DNA of 49,021 nucleotides. It comes from Spongiibacteraceae bacterium. Lineage in GTDB: Bacteria; Pseudomonadota; Gammaproteobacteria; Pseudomonadales; CAMLJR01. Location: assembly GCA_034004805.1 (NCBI GenBank), contig JAVEVZ010000001.1, forward strand, positions 1-49,021, given 5' to 3'. The translations under genes were made by a program, and so were the position numbers. Shown piece by piece: positions 12,865 to 22,658 of this stretch. Under the pieces are notes generated by a model. The model saw only the letters and a program-made list of their open reading frames with translations. It was not told the origin of the DNA and did no database searches. Position 1 is the first letter of the stretch. Each line of letters starts with the position of its first letter.

Positions 12865-13305
12865 ATGAAAGCACTGATACAGCGTGTAAATCATGCCAGC
12901 GTTGTGGTGGATGGCGAGCAGGTGGGCGCCATTGCCCGGGGTTTGCTGGTATTGCTCGGCGTTGAGCGCGACGACAGCGCGGAGCATGTTGCGCGCCTGG
13001 CGCAGCGCCTGCTGGACTACCGGGTGTTTGCCGACGACGCCGGGCGCATGAATCGCTGTCTGCGCGACACTGGCGGCGGCTTGCTGCTGGTGTCCCAGTT
13101 CACTCTGGCGGCGGATACCCGCAAGGGCCTGCGGCCCAGCTTTTCCAGCGCCGCAGAGCCTGCGCTGGCCCGCGAACTCTACGAGTTGATGCTGGCGACC
13201 CTGCGCGAGAGCCATGCCGGCCCGGTGGCGGCCGGTCGCTTTGGCGCCGACATGCAGGTGGCGCTGGTCAACGACGGCCCGGTCACGTTCTTGCTGACGG
13301 TTTAG
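12865..13305 (+). CDS. dtd: D-aminoacyl-tRNA deacylase
   Basis: MKALIQRV..., VSQFTLAADTRKGLRPSF, GRFGADMQVALVNDGPVTF are collinear with E. coli Dtd. Confidence 0.93.
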   Translation: MKALIQRVNHASVVVDGEQVGAIARGLLVLLGVERDDSAEHVARLAQRLLDYRVFADDAGRMNRCLRDTGGGLLLVSQFTLAADTRKGLRPSFSSAAEPALARELYELMLATLRESHAGPVAAGRFGADMQVALVNDGPVTFLLTV

Positions 13306-13338
13306 CGCACGGCCATCCGCGCTGCAATCACAGGGGCA

Positions 13339-14283
13339 TCAGGGCTCCAGCACCACCTTGATGGCGCCGCTGGCCCTGTTCCTGGCAATGGCAAAGGCCT
13401 CGGCGGCGGCGTCCAGCGGCAGGCGGTGCGTAATGATGGCGGCGGCCAGGCGCGGGTGCTGGGCCAGCAGCGCGGCGGCCCGGTCGATATCGCGCTGGTC
13501 CTTGTCGCGGCTGTACATGGCGGCGGGGATCAGCCGCAGCTCCTTCATGCAGATACCCTGGCCGTTGATCGCCAGCGGTTCCCAGTAGCTGCCCAGCATC
13601 AGTATCCGGCCGCCGGGTTTGCAGCGCTCCACCGCCTCGTCCAGGGCCGCCGTGGTACCCGCGGCGTCGATCACCAGTGCGTAGTCACCCCGCTGCTGTT
13701 CCTCCAGCCTGGCACCCAGCAGCTCGGCGGCGCGGCGCTGGTGATCGTGGCGCGCCTTGACCGTGACGCGGGCACCCAGGGCCACGGCGATGCCCGCCGC
13801 GCACAGACCAATGGCGCCAGCACCCACCACCAGCACTTGCTCACCGGCGCGCAGGTCCGCTAGGCGCAGGCCGTGATAGGCCACGGCGAGGGGTTCGATC
13901 AGGCAGGCATCGCCCACCGGAATACCGCTGGCCAGGGGCACGATGGCGCGCTCCGGCACGCGGATCTGTTCCGCCATGCCGCCTTCCATGCCGACGCCCA
14001 TCACCATGCCGGGGCCGCGCTTGCAGAGGTTGTAGGCGCCGTCATGGCAGAATTCGCAGTGGCCGCAGGGGGCGAGGGGTTCTATCGCCACGGGACGTCC
14101 GTCGGGCAGCCAGCCGGCCATTTCGTGGCCCAGGGTCACGCCCAGTTCATAGGGGCCGTCCACCAGGTGCAGGTCCGAGCCGCAGATGCCGGCACCCGCG
14201 ATCTTGATCAGCACGCCGTCACCGCTGGGGGGCGGGACATCGACGACGTGGACTTGCTTGTGCAGACAGCGGACAGCGCGCAT
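13339..14283 (-). CDS. zinc-dependent alcohol dehydrogenase family (MDR) oxidoreductase
   Basis: GICGSDLH, GHEMAG, a structural-zinc Cys cluster CGHCEFC and a Rossmann motif VVGAGAIG. Confidence 0.85.
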   Translation of the reverse strand: MRAVRCLHKQVHVVDVPPPSGDGVLIKIAGAGICGSDLHLVDGPYELGVTLGHEMAGWLPDGRPVAIEPLAPCGHCEFCHDGAYNLCKRGPGMVMGVGMEGGMAEQIRVPERAIVPLASGIPVGDACLIEPLAVAYHGLRLADLRAGEQVLVVGAGAIGLCAAGIAVALGARVTVKARHDHQRRAAELLGARLEEQQRGDYALVIDAAGTTAALDEAVERCKPGGRILMLGSYWEPLAINGQGICMKELRLIPAAMYSRDKDQRDIDRAAALLAQHPRLAAAIITHRLPLDAAAEAFAIARNRASGAIKVVLEP

Positions 14284-14418
14284 AAAGAATCCTCCGAATC
14301 AGGCGCCCATTAGAGCCAGTAAGCGGCGATGAGACCAGCCCCGCTGCGACGGTGGCCTGCGCTGGTCTGCACTTCTGGTCCACAATATGCGCCGGGCCCG
14401 CGACCGGCAGCGGGAAGA

Positions 14419-15135
14419 ATGTCGCGGGATAACGCGCAGCGAGGGGGCGGGGTGACGGAGATCTGTTTTGTACTGGTGGAGCCGGGAGTGCCCGAAAATG
14501 TCGGTGCCGCCGCCCGCGCCCTGCGCACCATGGGCTTTGACCGGCTGCGCATCGTCAACAGCCAGGCGCACACCGCCAAGCCCGCGCGGATTCTCGCCCA
14601 CGGTGCGGGCGACGTGCTCGACGCCGCGCAGCATTACCCCGGCCTGGCGCAGGCGCTGGCGGACGTGGATATCAGTATCGCCAGCTCCGCCAAAGCGCGC
14701 CTCGACAAGCGCTACGCCGTGCCCGCACGCGAGCTGGGCCCGTTGATTGCTGCCAAGGCCGGGCTGGTGACGCGCGTCGCCGTGGTGTTCGGCTGCGAGA
14801 GCAGCGGGCTCAGCAATGCCGATCTGGCGCGCTGTGACCTGCACACTTTTATCCCCCTGGCGCAGCCCTATCCGTCGCTGAACCTCGCCCAGGCGGTGAT
14901 GCTGTATGCCTGGGAGCTGAGCGGGCTGGCGGCTGCCCCGGCGCCGGAGCGCCCGCTGGCGGCGGGCGAATGGCAGCACTTCCAGCGCCGCGCACTGGCC
15001 CGGCTGAAAACCCTGGGCTTCAGCGCCGACAGCAAACTGGCGGGCTGGGCCGGCGAGCGCATGGCGATGCTGGGCGCCGACGACGTGCGGTTTCTGCAAT
15101 TGTTGCTGGGCGCGCTGGAGCAGGCCGACCGCTGA
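14419..15135 (+). CDS. SpoU/TrmH-family RNA 2'-O-methyltransferase (TrmJ/LasT-like)
   Basis: ICFVLVEPGVPENVGAAARALRTMGF, VVFGCESSGLS and SLNLAQAVMLYAWE are collinear with TrmJ. The start is uncertain (ATG 14419 or GTG 14452). The track start at 14329 is an Arg/Pro-rich extension. Confidence 0.8.
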   Translation: MSRDNAQRGGGVTEICFVLVEPGVPENVGAAARALRTMGFDRLRIVNSQAHTAKPARILAHGAGDVLDAAQHYPGLAQALADVDISIASSAKARLDKRYAVPARELGPLIAAKAGLVTRVAVVFGCESSGLSNADLARCDLHTFIPLAQPYPSLNLAQAVMLYAWELSGLAAAPAPERPLAAGEWQHFQRRALARLKTLGFSADSKLAGWAGERMAMLGADDVRFLQLLLGALEQADR

Positions 15136-15143
15136 GCACAGTG

Positions 15144-15629
15144 TCAGTGGTGGTGGCCGCCGGGGCCGTGGGCGTGGCCGTGGTCCAGCTCCTCCTGGGT
15201 GGCGGCGCGAACCTCGACGACCTCCACGTCGAACTGCACCTCCTGGCCCGCCAGCGGATGGTTGAGATCCAGGTCGACACTGAACTTGCCCACCTTGAGT
15301 ACCACCGCGGTGATGGGGCCGTCCTCGGTGTTGAGGCGCACCACCTTGCCCGGCGTCAGCTTGCCTTCGTGCTTGAGGTATTTGGCGCTGACGCGGCGGG
15401 TGACGTCGGCCTGGCGCTGACCAAAGGCCTGCTCGGGTGGCAGCGTAATACTGAAGCTGTCGCCGGCCTCGCGACCTTCGAGGGCCTGTTCCAGCCCGTC
15501 CAGCAGGCCGTTGGCACCGTGCAGGTAGGTGGTGGGCTCGCCGTCGTCGCGGGTTGACTCCACGCTCTCGCCACCCGGCTTGCGCAGGGTGTAATGAAAG
15601 CGAACCACGGCATTGGGGGCGATCTTCAC
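15144..15629 (-). CDS. slyD: FKBP-type peptidyl-prolyl isomerase, SlyD-like with His-rich tail
   Basis: VKIAPNAVVRFHYTLR...LHGANGLLDGLEQALEG...NHPLAGQEVQFDVEVVEVRAATQEEL, with tail HGHAHGPGGHHH. The GTG at 15629 is preceded by AGGAG. The rest of the 418-aa track ORF is a spurious upstream extension. Confidence 0.88.
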   Translation of the reverse strand: MKIAPNAVVRFHYTLRKPGGESVESTRDDGEPTTYLHGANGLLDGLEQALEGREAGDSFSITLPPEQAFGQRQADVTRRVSAKYLKHEGKLTPGKVVRLNTEDGPITAVVLKVGKFSVDLDLNHPLAGQEVQFDVEVVEVRAATQEELDHGHAHGPGGHHH

Positions 15630-15773
15630 GGTGTGGACTCCTGGGTAGACGGGTGCTGAAGGGGTAGTGAAAGGACAGTCGGGCAAGGGCGTGATATTAG
15701 CGGTTTTGCGCCCGCCACGCACTTGACCTGCACGCCGGGGGAAGGCTTGATAGCGCCTTAAGGGCTGATCGCA

Positions 15774-15983
15774 GTGAGTAAACCCATGGCTGACATACTG
15801 CCGTTTCGCCGGCCCGACAAACCCGACGCCACATCCAGGCCCGCCGGCGGCGACACACTGTGCCGCAACGGGCACCACCGCTGGCTGGTCTGCAAGAACA
15901 AGCAGTTTGACGTCAAGCGCGGCCGCCTGATTACGGTGTACCGCTGCCAGCGCTGCGGCAAGGAACGGGTGGAGGCTCATTGA
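15774..15983 (+). CDS. small zinc-ribbon-like protein
   Basis: 65-69 aa with CRNGHH...CQRCG spacing suggestive of a 4-ligand Zn ribbon. It lies immediately upstream of the DUF748 gene (10-nt gap). Start is either GTG 15774 or ATG 15786. Confidence 0.45.
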   Translation: MSKPMADILPFRRPDKPDATSRPAGGDTLCRNGHHRWLVCKNKQFDVKRGRLITVYRCQRCGKERVEAH

Positions 15984-15993
15984 TGGCAGGGCG

Positions 15994-18402
15994 ATGCGTA
16001 CTGACGTGACCAACACCAAACCCTCGCGCCCCTGGTGGCGCCGCCGCCGGTTGTGGTGGCCGCTGCTTGCGCTGCTGATCTTTTTTGCCGCACTGCCCGC
16101 GCTGATCCGTCTCGCACTGCCGCCCCTGGCCGAGCGCCAGGGTCTGGGCCAGTTGCAGGTGGCGAATATCGATCTCAACCTGTTCGCCGGTACCGCAGCG
16201 GTGGAGGGCCTGGTATTGCAGCGCGGCGGCCGCCAGGTGCTGGCCTTCGAGCGCATCGCGGTGGATATGGACTGGTGGGCCAGTTTGCGCCGTACGGGCT
16301 GGCAGGTCGGCCTGCTGAGCCTGCAGGGTGTTGAGCTGCCGGTGCGGGAGCGCGCCGACGGCGTCTGGGAAGCGGTGGTCGAGCTGTCGCCGGACAGCAC
16401 CGGTACCGGGTCCGATCAGCGGGAGTCAGCGGCGCCGTTGCAGTTTCTAGTGCGCCAGCTGGACCTGCGCGATATCGACATCGAGATAGCCTCCAGTGTG
16501 GTCAGCGGGCAGTTCCATATCGCCGACCTGAGCCTCCATGACCTGTCCAACTGGCAGCTGGACCCCGCGGCAATTCAATTGACGGGTTCCTGGCAGGGCG
16601 CCGAACTGACGCTGGACGGCCAGCTGATCCTGGCCGGTGAACAGCCCGACGCCGATCTGCAGCTGCGCCTGAACGCCGTGCCCCTGGCCTGGCTCAATCC
16701 CCTGCTGGCACCGCAGCACCTGACCCTGGCGGGTGCGCTGTCGTCGGACTTGCACCTGGTATGGAAGGACCAGCGCGCAACAGTCAGCGGCCGCGTGGAT
16801 CTGGCGGACCTGGCGGTGGATTACGGGAAGCTCGGCGGCACCCTGGCTCAGGGCGGCTGGAAAGGCGAGGTCGAACTCAGTCGCAGGGACGGGCAGTGGC
16901 GCCCTGCGTTGCGCGCCTCGATCGACCTGTCAGAACTGGCGCTCAGCAACGCGGGCGAACTGCGGCTGCTCAACCTGGCGAGCGCCAATCTGGCGGGCCT
17001 GAGCCTGAGCCAGGACGGCGTTATTGCGCTGACCCGGGCCGAGTTGCGCGGTATAGACGTTGTGGCGGGCGCGACCGCGGATGATCGCCTGATGACCGCC
17101 GCGTCGGATATTGCCGGCCTGCGCCTGGTGCCCGGCGAATCACTGAGCGTCGACAGCGCCTCCGTTGATGGCGCTGACTACCTGGTCATCCTGCAGCGCG
17201 ACGGCGAGCTGGCACTGCGCTCGGTGCTGACCGGCGTGCTGGCCAGCCTGCCCGCAGCGGAGGACAAGGGCGCATCGGGCGACAGTGGCGATGACAGCGA
17301 AACAGAAACAGCGGAAGCCAGCCAGCCGTCGGAGCCCTTCGCCATCCGCGTGGGGCAGTTGCGGATCGGCGACGACAGCCGCCTGCGCTGGCGCGATGAG
17401 AGCATCATCCCCGCCGTGCGCCTGACCCTGGGTATCGACAGTGCCAGCCTCGGCGAACTGGACAGCAGCAAACCCGCGCAGCTGTCACCGCTGACATTCA
17501 AGGGCAGCCTGGGGGCGTTTTCCAGCGTGGAGGTCAGCGGTGAGGTGGCGCCCTTTGCCGAGCCTTTCCAGCTCGCGCTGAAGGGCAGGCTGGAGGCGGT
17601 GGAGCTGCCCCAGTTGTCGCCTTATATGGAGCACCTGCTGGGCTACGACCTGGTGGCGGGCCAGTACGATCACCGTTTTACCCTCGACCTGAAAGGCGAT
17701 GCGCTGACCATGGATAACCGCCTGACGCTGCGCCAGCTGCAGGTGGCCCGGGCGGATATCGATCCTGCCGAGGTGAGCCAGACGCTGCCCATTCCGCTGG
17801 ATCTGGCGCTGGGCCTGCTGCGCGACCGCAAGGACAATATCAAACTGGAAGTGCCCATCAAGGGCGACCTGAGCAACCCCAGCGTGGGACTGGACGACAT
17901 CGTGGGCACCGCGCTGGTGGCGGCCCTGCGCACCGGTTCGGTCAGCTACCTGGCGCTGGTGCTGCAACCCTATGGCGCGGTCTATATGGCGGCGGACTAT
18001 CTCGGCGGCGAGATCGGCAAGCTGCGCCTGGAGCCTCTGACAATGGCGCCGGCGGCCGACAGCTTCAGCGGTGAAAACCTCGCCTATCTGGAAAAGATAC
18101 AGAAACTGCTGGCGGAGCGGGCAGGCCTGCAGCTCAAGCTGTGCGGCATTGCAGTGCCCGCCGACCTGCCGCCGCCGGAACAAGACACCGTTGCGGCTGA
18201 GGCCGGCGAGGTGCCCGCCAGTGCCGCCCCCGCGCCATTGTCCGCCGAGCAGAAAACCGCGTTGCGCGCCCTGGCCCAGGCCCGCAGTCGCGCCGCCAAA
18301 CAGTATCTGGCCGATGCCGGTGTGCCGGTCAACCGTCTGTTTGAATGCAAGCCGCGCCTGGATCAGGCGCGGGAAGCGGGGGGGATTGATCTGTTGCTGT
18401 AG
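15994..18402 (+). CDS. DUF748 / AsmA-like large envelope protein
   Basis: 802 aa with an N-terminal TM anchor (WWPLLALLIFFAALPALI), repetitive beta-rich segments and an OmpA-like C-terminal tail (AAKQYLADAGVPVNRL). The overall pattern fits DUF748-containing proteins. Confidence 0.7.
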   Translation: MRTDVTNTKPSRPWWRRRRLWWPLLALLIFFAALPALIRLALPPLAERQGLGQLQVANIDLNLFAGTAAVEGLVLQRGGRQVLAFERIAVDMDWWASLRRTGWQVGLLSLQGVELPVRERADGVWEAVVELSPDSTGTGSDQRESAAPLQFLVRQLDLRDIDIEIASSVVSGQFHIADLSLHDLSNWQLDPAAIQLTGSWQGAELTLDGQLILAGEQPDADLQLRLNAVPLAWLNPLLAPQHLTLAGALSSDLHLVWKDQRATVSGRVDLADLAVDYGKLGGTLAQGGWKGEVELSRRDGQWRPALRASIDLSELALSNAGELRLLNLASANLAGLSLSQDGVIALTRAELRGIDVVAGATADDRLMTAASDIAGLRLVPGESLSVDSASVDGADYLVILQRDGELALRSVLTGVLASLPAAEDKGASGDSGDDSETETAEASQPSEPFAIRVGQLRIGDDSRLRWRDESIIPAVRLTLGIDSASLGELDSSKPAQLSPLTFKGSLGAFSSVEVSGEVAPFAEPFQLALKGRLEAVELPQLSPYMEHLLGYDLVAGQYDHRFTLDLKGDALTMDNRLTLRQLQVARADIDPAEVSQTLPIPLDLALGLLRDRKDNIKLEVPIKGDLSNPSVGLDDIVGTALVAALRTGSVSYLALVLQPYGAVYMAADYLGGEIGKLRLEPLTMAPAADSFSGENLAYLEKIQKLLAERAGLQLKLCGIAVPADLPPPEQDTVAAEAGEVPASAAPAPLSAEQKTALRALAQARSRAAKQYLADAGVPVNRLFECKPRLDQAREAGGIDLLL

Positions 18403-18417
18403 GGCGCTGAGCTGCCG

Positions 18418-18663
18418 TCAGCCGCGCAGGCGCTGGATCACCTGGTTGAGCAGATCCCGCGAGGAGGCTGTGCCCTCCACCGCCTCCACCACCAGGGCCA
18501 GGCCCAGCATGTGCTCGGCGATCACGTCCTTGATGCGCACGCCGCAGGATTCGGCTTCATCGCGCAGGAACAGAAAGGTGCGGGCGCTGATATCGTCGAC
18601 GATTGCCTGCTGGCCGGCGTTGCGAAACTCGTCGATGCGAACCACGTTGTCGACCTGACTCAT
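18418..18663 (-). CDS. hypothetical small protein (81 aa)
   Basis: MSQVDNVVRIDEFRNAGQQAIVDD... has good coding appearance from the ATG at 18663. The upstream part of the 155-aa track ORF looks non-coding (Arg/Pro-rich). Confidence 0.45.
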   Translation of the reverse strand: MSQVDNVVRIDEFRNAGQQAIVDDISARTFLFLRDEAESCGVRIKDVIAEHMLGLALVVEAVEGTASSRDLLNQVIQRLRG

Positions 18664-18909
18664 GAAAACCTCGGCAGAATTGGGCAGCGCCCAGTCTACG
18701 TGTTGCGCGGTGGCGTGAAACTCCGAAGATACCCCTAGCGCTGTAGGTGGTTTCCGTAGCTGCGGTTGGCAAGGGTGGTGCCGCGCCGCCATAATGCGGC
18801 GCCTCGGGACGGCCCGCGCGCCACGCCCCGACGGCTCCAGCTGGCGCGGCCGCCATCGGCTCCAGTGCGTTACCAACAGGTTCAACCCGCTTCAGTCACA
18901 GGATCATTC

Positions 18910-21159
18910 ATGACCGAGACTCTCGGCAACGACGGTATCGAGCAGCTCCCCATCGGCCAGTTCAGCGAAAAGGCCTACCTCGATTACTCCATGTACGTCA
19001 TTCTCGACCGCGCCCTGCCGGCCCTGGCCGATGGCTTGAAGCCGGTGCAGCGGCGGATCGTCTACGCCATGAGCGAGTTGGGCCTCAAGGCCGGCGCCAA
19101 GTACAAGAAGTCGGCGCGCACCGTCGGCGACGTGATCGGCAAGTTCCACCCCCACGGCGACAGTGCTGCCTACGAGGCCATGGTGCTGATGGCCCAGTCC
19201 TTCAGCTACCGCTATCCGCTGGTGGACGGCCAGGGCAACTGGGGCTCGGCGGACGACCCCAAGTCCTTTGCCGCGATGCGCTATACCGAGTCCAAGCTCA
19301 CGCCCTATGCCGAGTTGCTGCTGTCGGAACTGGGCCAGGGCACGGTGGACTGGGCGCCCAATTTCGACGGCACGATGGACGAGCCGCTGCTGCTGCCGGC
19401 GCGGGTACCCAATGTGTTGCTGAACGGCACCACCGGCATCGCCGTGGGCATGGCCACCGATATTCCGCCGCACAATCTGCGCGAAGTGGTGAACGCCTGT
19501 ATCTACCTGCTGGATGATCCCTACGCCGGCACCCGCGCGCTCTGTGAACATATCCAGGGCCCGGACTTTCCCACCGACGCGGAGCTGATCACGCCCCGCG
19601 AAGATATTCTGGCGATGTACGAAACGGGCCGCGGCTCGCTGAAAATGCGCGCGGTATGGCATCTGGAAGACGGCGACATCGTGATCACCGCGCTGCCGCA
19701 CCAGGTGTCCGGCGCCAAACTTCTGGAGCAGATCGCGCAGCAGATGCAGGCCAAAAAGCTGCCCATGGTGGCCGACCTGCGCGATGAGTCGGATCACGAA
19801 AATCCCACCCGGCTGGTGATCATGCCGCGCTCCAGCCGGGTCGATGTCCAGCAGTTGATGAGCCATCTGTTCGCCACCACGGACCTGGAAAAGAGCTACC
19901 GGGTCAACCTGAACATGATCGGCACCAACGGCCGGCCACAGGTCAAATCCCTCAAGGAGATTCTCAGCGAATGGCTGGCGTTTCGCACCGAGACCACGCG
20001 CCGCCGCCTACAGTTTCGCCTCGACAAGGTGCTGGACCGCCTGCATATCCTCGACGGCCTGCTGATTGCGTTCCTCAATATCGACGAGGTGATTCATATC
20101 ATCCGCACCGAGGACAAGCCCAAGCCGGTGCTGATGGCGCGCTTTGCGCTCACCGACACCCAGGCCGAAGCGATCCTCGAACTGAAGTTGCGGCACCTGG
20201 CCAGACTCGAGGAGATGCGCATCCGCGGCGAGCAGGAAGAACTGCAGGCCGAGCGCGAACGCCTCGAAGCACTGCTGGGCTCCGCCGCCAAACTGAAAAA
20301 GCTGATCAAGCAGGAACTGCAGCAGGCCGCCGATGAATTCGGCGACGAGCGCCGTTCACCGCTGGTGGCCCGCGCCGAGGCCCGGGCGTTCAGTGAAGAA
20401 GAGCTGCTGACCACCGAGCCGGTGACCGTGGTGTTGTCGGAAAAGGGCTGGATACGCGGCGCCAAGGGCCACGATATCGACCCGACCTCGCTCAGCTACA
20501 AATCCGGCGACAGCTTTCAGTTCGCGGTGCGCGGCAAGAGCAATCAGCCGGTCATTGTGCTGGACAGCACCGGCCGCACCTATTCCGTGGCGGCACACAA
20601 CCTGCCCTCCGCGCGCGGCCAGGGCGAGCCCCTGACCGGGCGCATCAACCCGCCGTCGGGGGCGAGTTTCTGCGGCCTGTTGATGGGTGACGACGATCAG
20701 CGCTGCCTGCTGGCCTCGGATGCCGGTTATGGGTTTATCGCCAGGCTCGGCGACCTGCAGGCCAAGAACCGCGGCGGCAAGGCCGCGCTGACCCTGCCCG
20801 GCAATGCGCGGGTGTTGCCCCCCGCGCCCATTGCCGACGCCGATGCCACCCAGGTGGTGGCGATCACCAACGACGGCCGCATGCTGGTGTTCCCGCTGGA
20901 AGAATTGCCCGCACTGGCGCGCGGCAAGGGCAACAAGATCATCGGCATCAATACGGCCAAGGCCGCCAGCCGCGAAGAGTATATGGTGGGCGTCGCGGTC
21001 ATTGCCGAGCGCGACGTGTTGCGGGTACATGCCGGCAAGCGCTATCTCAACCTGAAGTTCGCCGAGCTCGAACACTATCGCGGCGAACGCGGCCGCCGCG
21101 GCCACAAGCTGCCGCGGGGTTTCCAGAGCGTGGACCGGCTGGAGATCGTTGCAGACTAG
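18910..21159 (+). CDS. parC: DNA topoisomerase IV subunit A
   Basis: [41 protein letters not shown] and catalytic-Tyr motif [10 protein letters not shown]. The 749 aa from the ATG at 18910 fit ParC length. Confidence 0.95.
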   Translation: MTETLGNDGIEQLPIGQFSEKAYLDYSMYVILDRALPALADGLKPVQRRIVYAMSELGLKAGAKYKKSARTVGDVIGKFHPHGDSAAYEAMVLMAQSFSYRYPLVDGQGNWGSADDPKSFAAMRYTESKLTPYAELLLSELGQGTVDWAPNFDGTMDEPLLLPARVPNVLLNGTTGIAVGMATDIPPHNLREVVNACIYLLDDPYAGTRALCEHIQGPDFPTDAELITPREDILAMYETGRGSLKMRAVWHLEDGDIVITALPHQVSGAKLLEQIAQQMQAKKLPMVADLRDESDHENPTRLVIMPRSSRVDVQQLMSHLFATTDLEKSYRVNLNMIGTNGRPQVKSLKEILSEWLAFRTETTRRRLQFRLDKVLDRLHILDGLLIAFLNIDEVIHIIRTEDKPKPVLMARFALTDTQAEAILELKLRHLARLEEMRIRGEQEELQAERERLEALLGSAAKLKKLIKQELQQAADEFGDERRSPLVARAEARAFSEEELLTTEPVTVVLSEKGWIRGAKGHDIDPTSLSYKSGDSFQFAVRGKSNQPVIVLDSTGRTYSVAAHNLPSARGQGEPLTGRINPPSGASFCGLLMGDDDQRCLLASDAGYGFIARLGDLQAKNRGGKAALTLPGNARVLPPAPIADADATQVVAITNDGRMLVFPLEELPALARGKGNKIIGINTAKAASREEYMVGVAVIAERDVLRVHAGKRYLNLKFAELEHYRGERGRRGHKLPRGFQSVDRLEIVAD

Positions 21160-21201
21160 CGGCGCCGGCTTCCCGGGCGGCTTCAGGTGAACAGGGGCTG
21201 C

Positions 21202-22512
21202 TCAGCCGTCCAGCTGCTCGCGCAGGCTGGCGGCCTGTCGCCGCAGCACACCGGCGTAGGGCTCCTGCATATTGATCAGCTGCAACAGCGGGCCGGCCTG
21301 CTCCGTCTGCATGCGTGTTGCCGCCCAGCTGCAATCGGAGAAGCCTGCGTCGAGACACAGGACCTGCGCCGGTGCGAACTGGTCTGCCAGGGCTGTCAGG
21401 GCCTCGATGTCGCGCTGCAGATCGAGGCCGTCGTCATTTGTGGTCGCCGCCTGCGCGACGGTCGTGACTGCGATGCGCGGCTGTTCATCAGCGCACAGCT
21501 CTGCGAGCAGCACGGCGCAGCACAGGGCGCGAAACCCGGCGTCATCGCGGCCGCCGTGAAACAGGGCCGACAGGCCGTTGCTGCGGCCGATCACGGGCTG
21601 CGCGTCGTACAGTTGGCAAGCGGCCTGCAACCAGCGCAGGCACGATTCAGCCTGGGCGTCCCGGGCGAATTCCAGATGCAGCAGCACATCCGCGTCGCCG
21701 GGTGTCGCCGCGCTGTCGGTTGGCCGGGAAGCCCGCGGTTCCTCTGCTGTCGCCGCGTTCATCGTCGCCGCATTCATCGCCACCGGACTCAGGGCGTCCG
21801 CGACCGTCGCGACGGGTGGCGCCGGTCTATTGGTCGGGGGACTCGGGGCAGCGGGGCTCCCGGGCGCGTCCCGGAGTGTCTGGTCCGGCGGCGGTTCTGC
21901 GATGGCGTCGATCAGGTCCGCCAGTGAATCGCGTCCCGGGTAGCGCTGCGCGGGCCGGGGTCCGGCGTGGCGCAGCCGCAGGCGCAGCGAGATCAGCAGC
22001 TGGTCCAGATGGCGCCCCGGCACCACGGTGATGGCATAGGCGAGTGTGGTCAGCAGCAGGGCCAGCAGCAGCAGTTGCAGGCTGAGGTTGCGCATGGCGT
22101 CCAGCATCGGGGTCGGGTCGATGGCGATGACCACGCGCCCGCTGCTGCTGTCTTCCCAGGTGATTTCCGCGGCGTAATCCCACTGGTTTTTGGGGTCGAA
22201 GGGCTCGCCGGCGGCGGCGACGATGCGCTGGTCCAGGTCGTAGACAATGCCGCTGCTGATCAGCGGTTGCTGGGTCCAGCGCGCCAGCATGGCCTGCAGG
22301 CTCACCAGATCCTGCTGCAACAGCGGCACCGCCGCGTTGCGCGCCAGCTGTGCTGCCAGCACCTGCCCAAAGCTGTCGGCCTGGTCGTGGAGCAGTTCGC
22401 GGTAGGCGCGATGCCCCGCACTGATCAGCAGCAGCGAAGTCAGCAGGCAGATGGCGGCGGCAAAGCAGGCAGCCTTGACGGCCAGCGGCAGATTGAGCAG
22501 GCGTTGCAGCAT
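21202..22512 (-). CDS. AhpA/YtjB (Smp)-like membrane protein with long C-terminal extension
   Basis: The N-terminal 190 aa (TM, periplasmic segment, TM) resemble YtjB/Smp. The gene is divergent from serB, as smp-serB is in E. coli. The C-terminal 240 aa or so are an extra cytoplasmic region. Confidence 0.65.
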   Translation of the reverse strand: MLQRLLNLPLAVKAACFAAAICLLTSLLLISAGHRAYRELLHDQADSFGQVLAAQLARNAAVPLLQQDLVSLQAMLARWTQQPLISSGIVYDLDQRIVAAAGEPFDPKNQWDYAAEITWEDSSSGRVVIAIDPTPMLDAMRNLSLQLLLLALLLTTLAYAITVVPGRHLDQLLISLRLRLRHAGPRPAQRYPGRDSLADLIDAIAEPPPDQTLRDAPGSPAAPSPPTNRPAPPVATVADALSPVAMNAATMNAATAEEPRASRPTDSAATPGDADVLLHLEFARDAQAESCLRWLQAACQLYDAQPVIGRSNGLSALFHGGRDDAGFRALCCAVLLAELCADEQPRIAVTTVAQAATTNDDGLDLQRDIEALTALADQFAPAQVLCLDAGFSDCSWAATRMQTEQAGPLLQLINMQEPYAGVLRRQAASLREQLDG

Positions 22513-22658
22513 GGTTCCCCCGGGTGATGGCCCGGCGCGGCGGGCGGCGGCAGTATAGCAACGGGATTGTCATCTGCTGCAGTGCTGTTGCTGCAGACTG
22601 CTCTGGCACTTTTGCCGGGCTCCCCTAGAATAGTGCGCCTCAACGCTGGGAGTCGTCC

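Noticed and set aside
15630-16400. Upstream 257 codons of the 418-aa ORF that contains slyD
   Set aside because: This part is Arg/Ser/Pro-rich with no similarity to anything and overlaps the start of DUF748 on the other strand. The FKBP domain starts at the GTG at 15629, which has an AGGAG SD.
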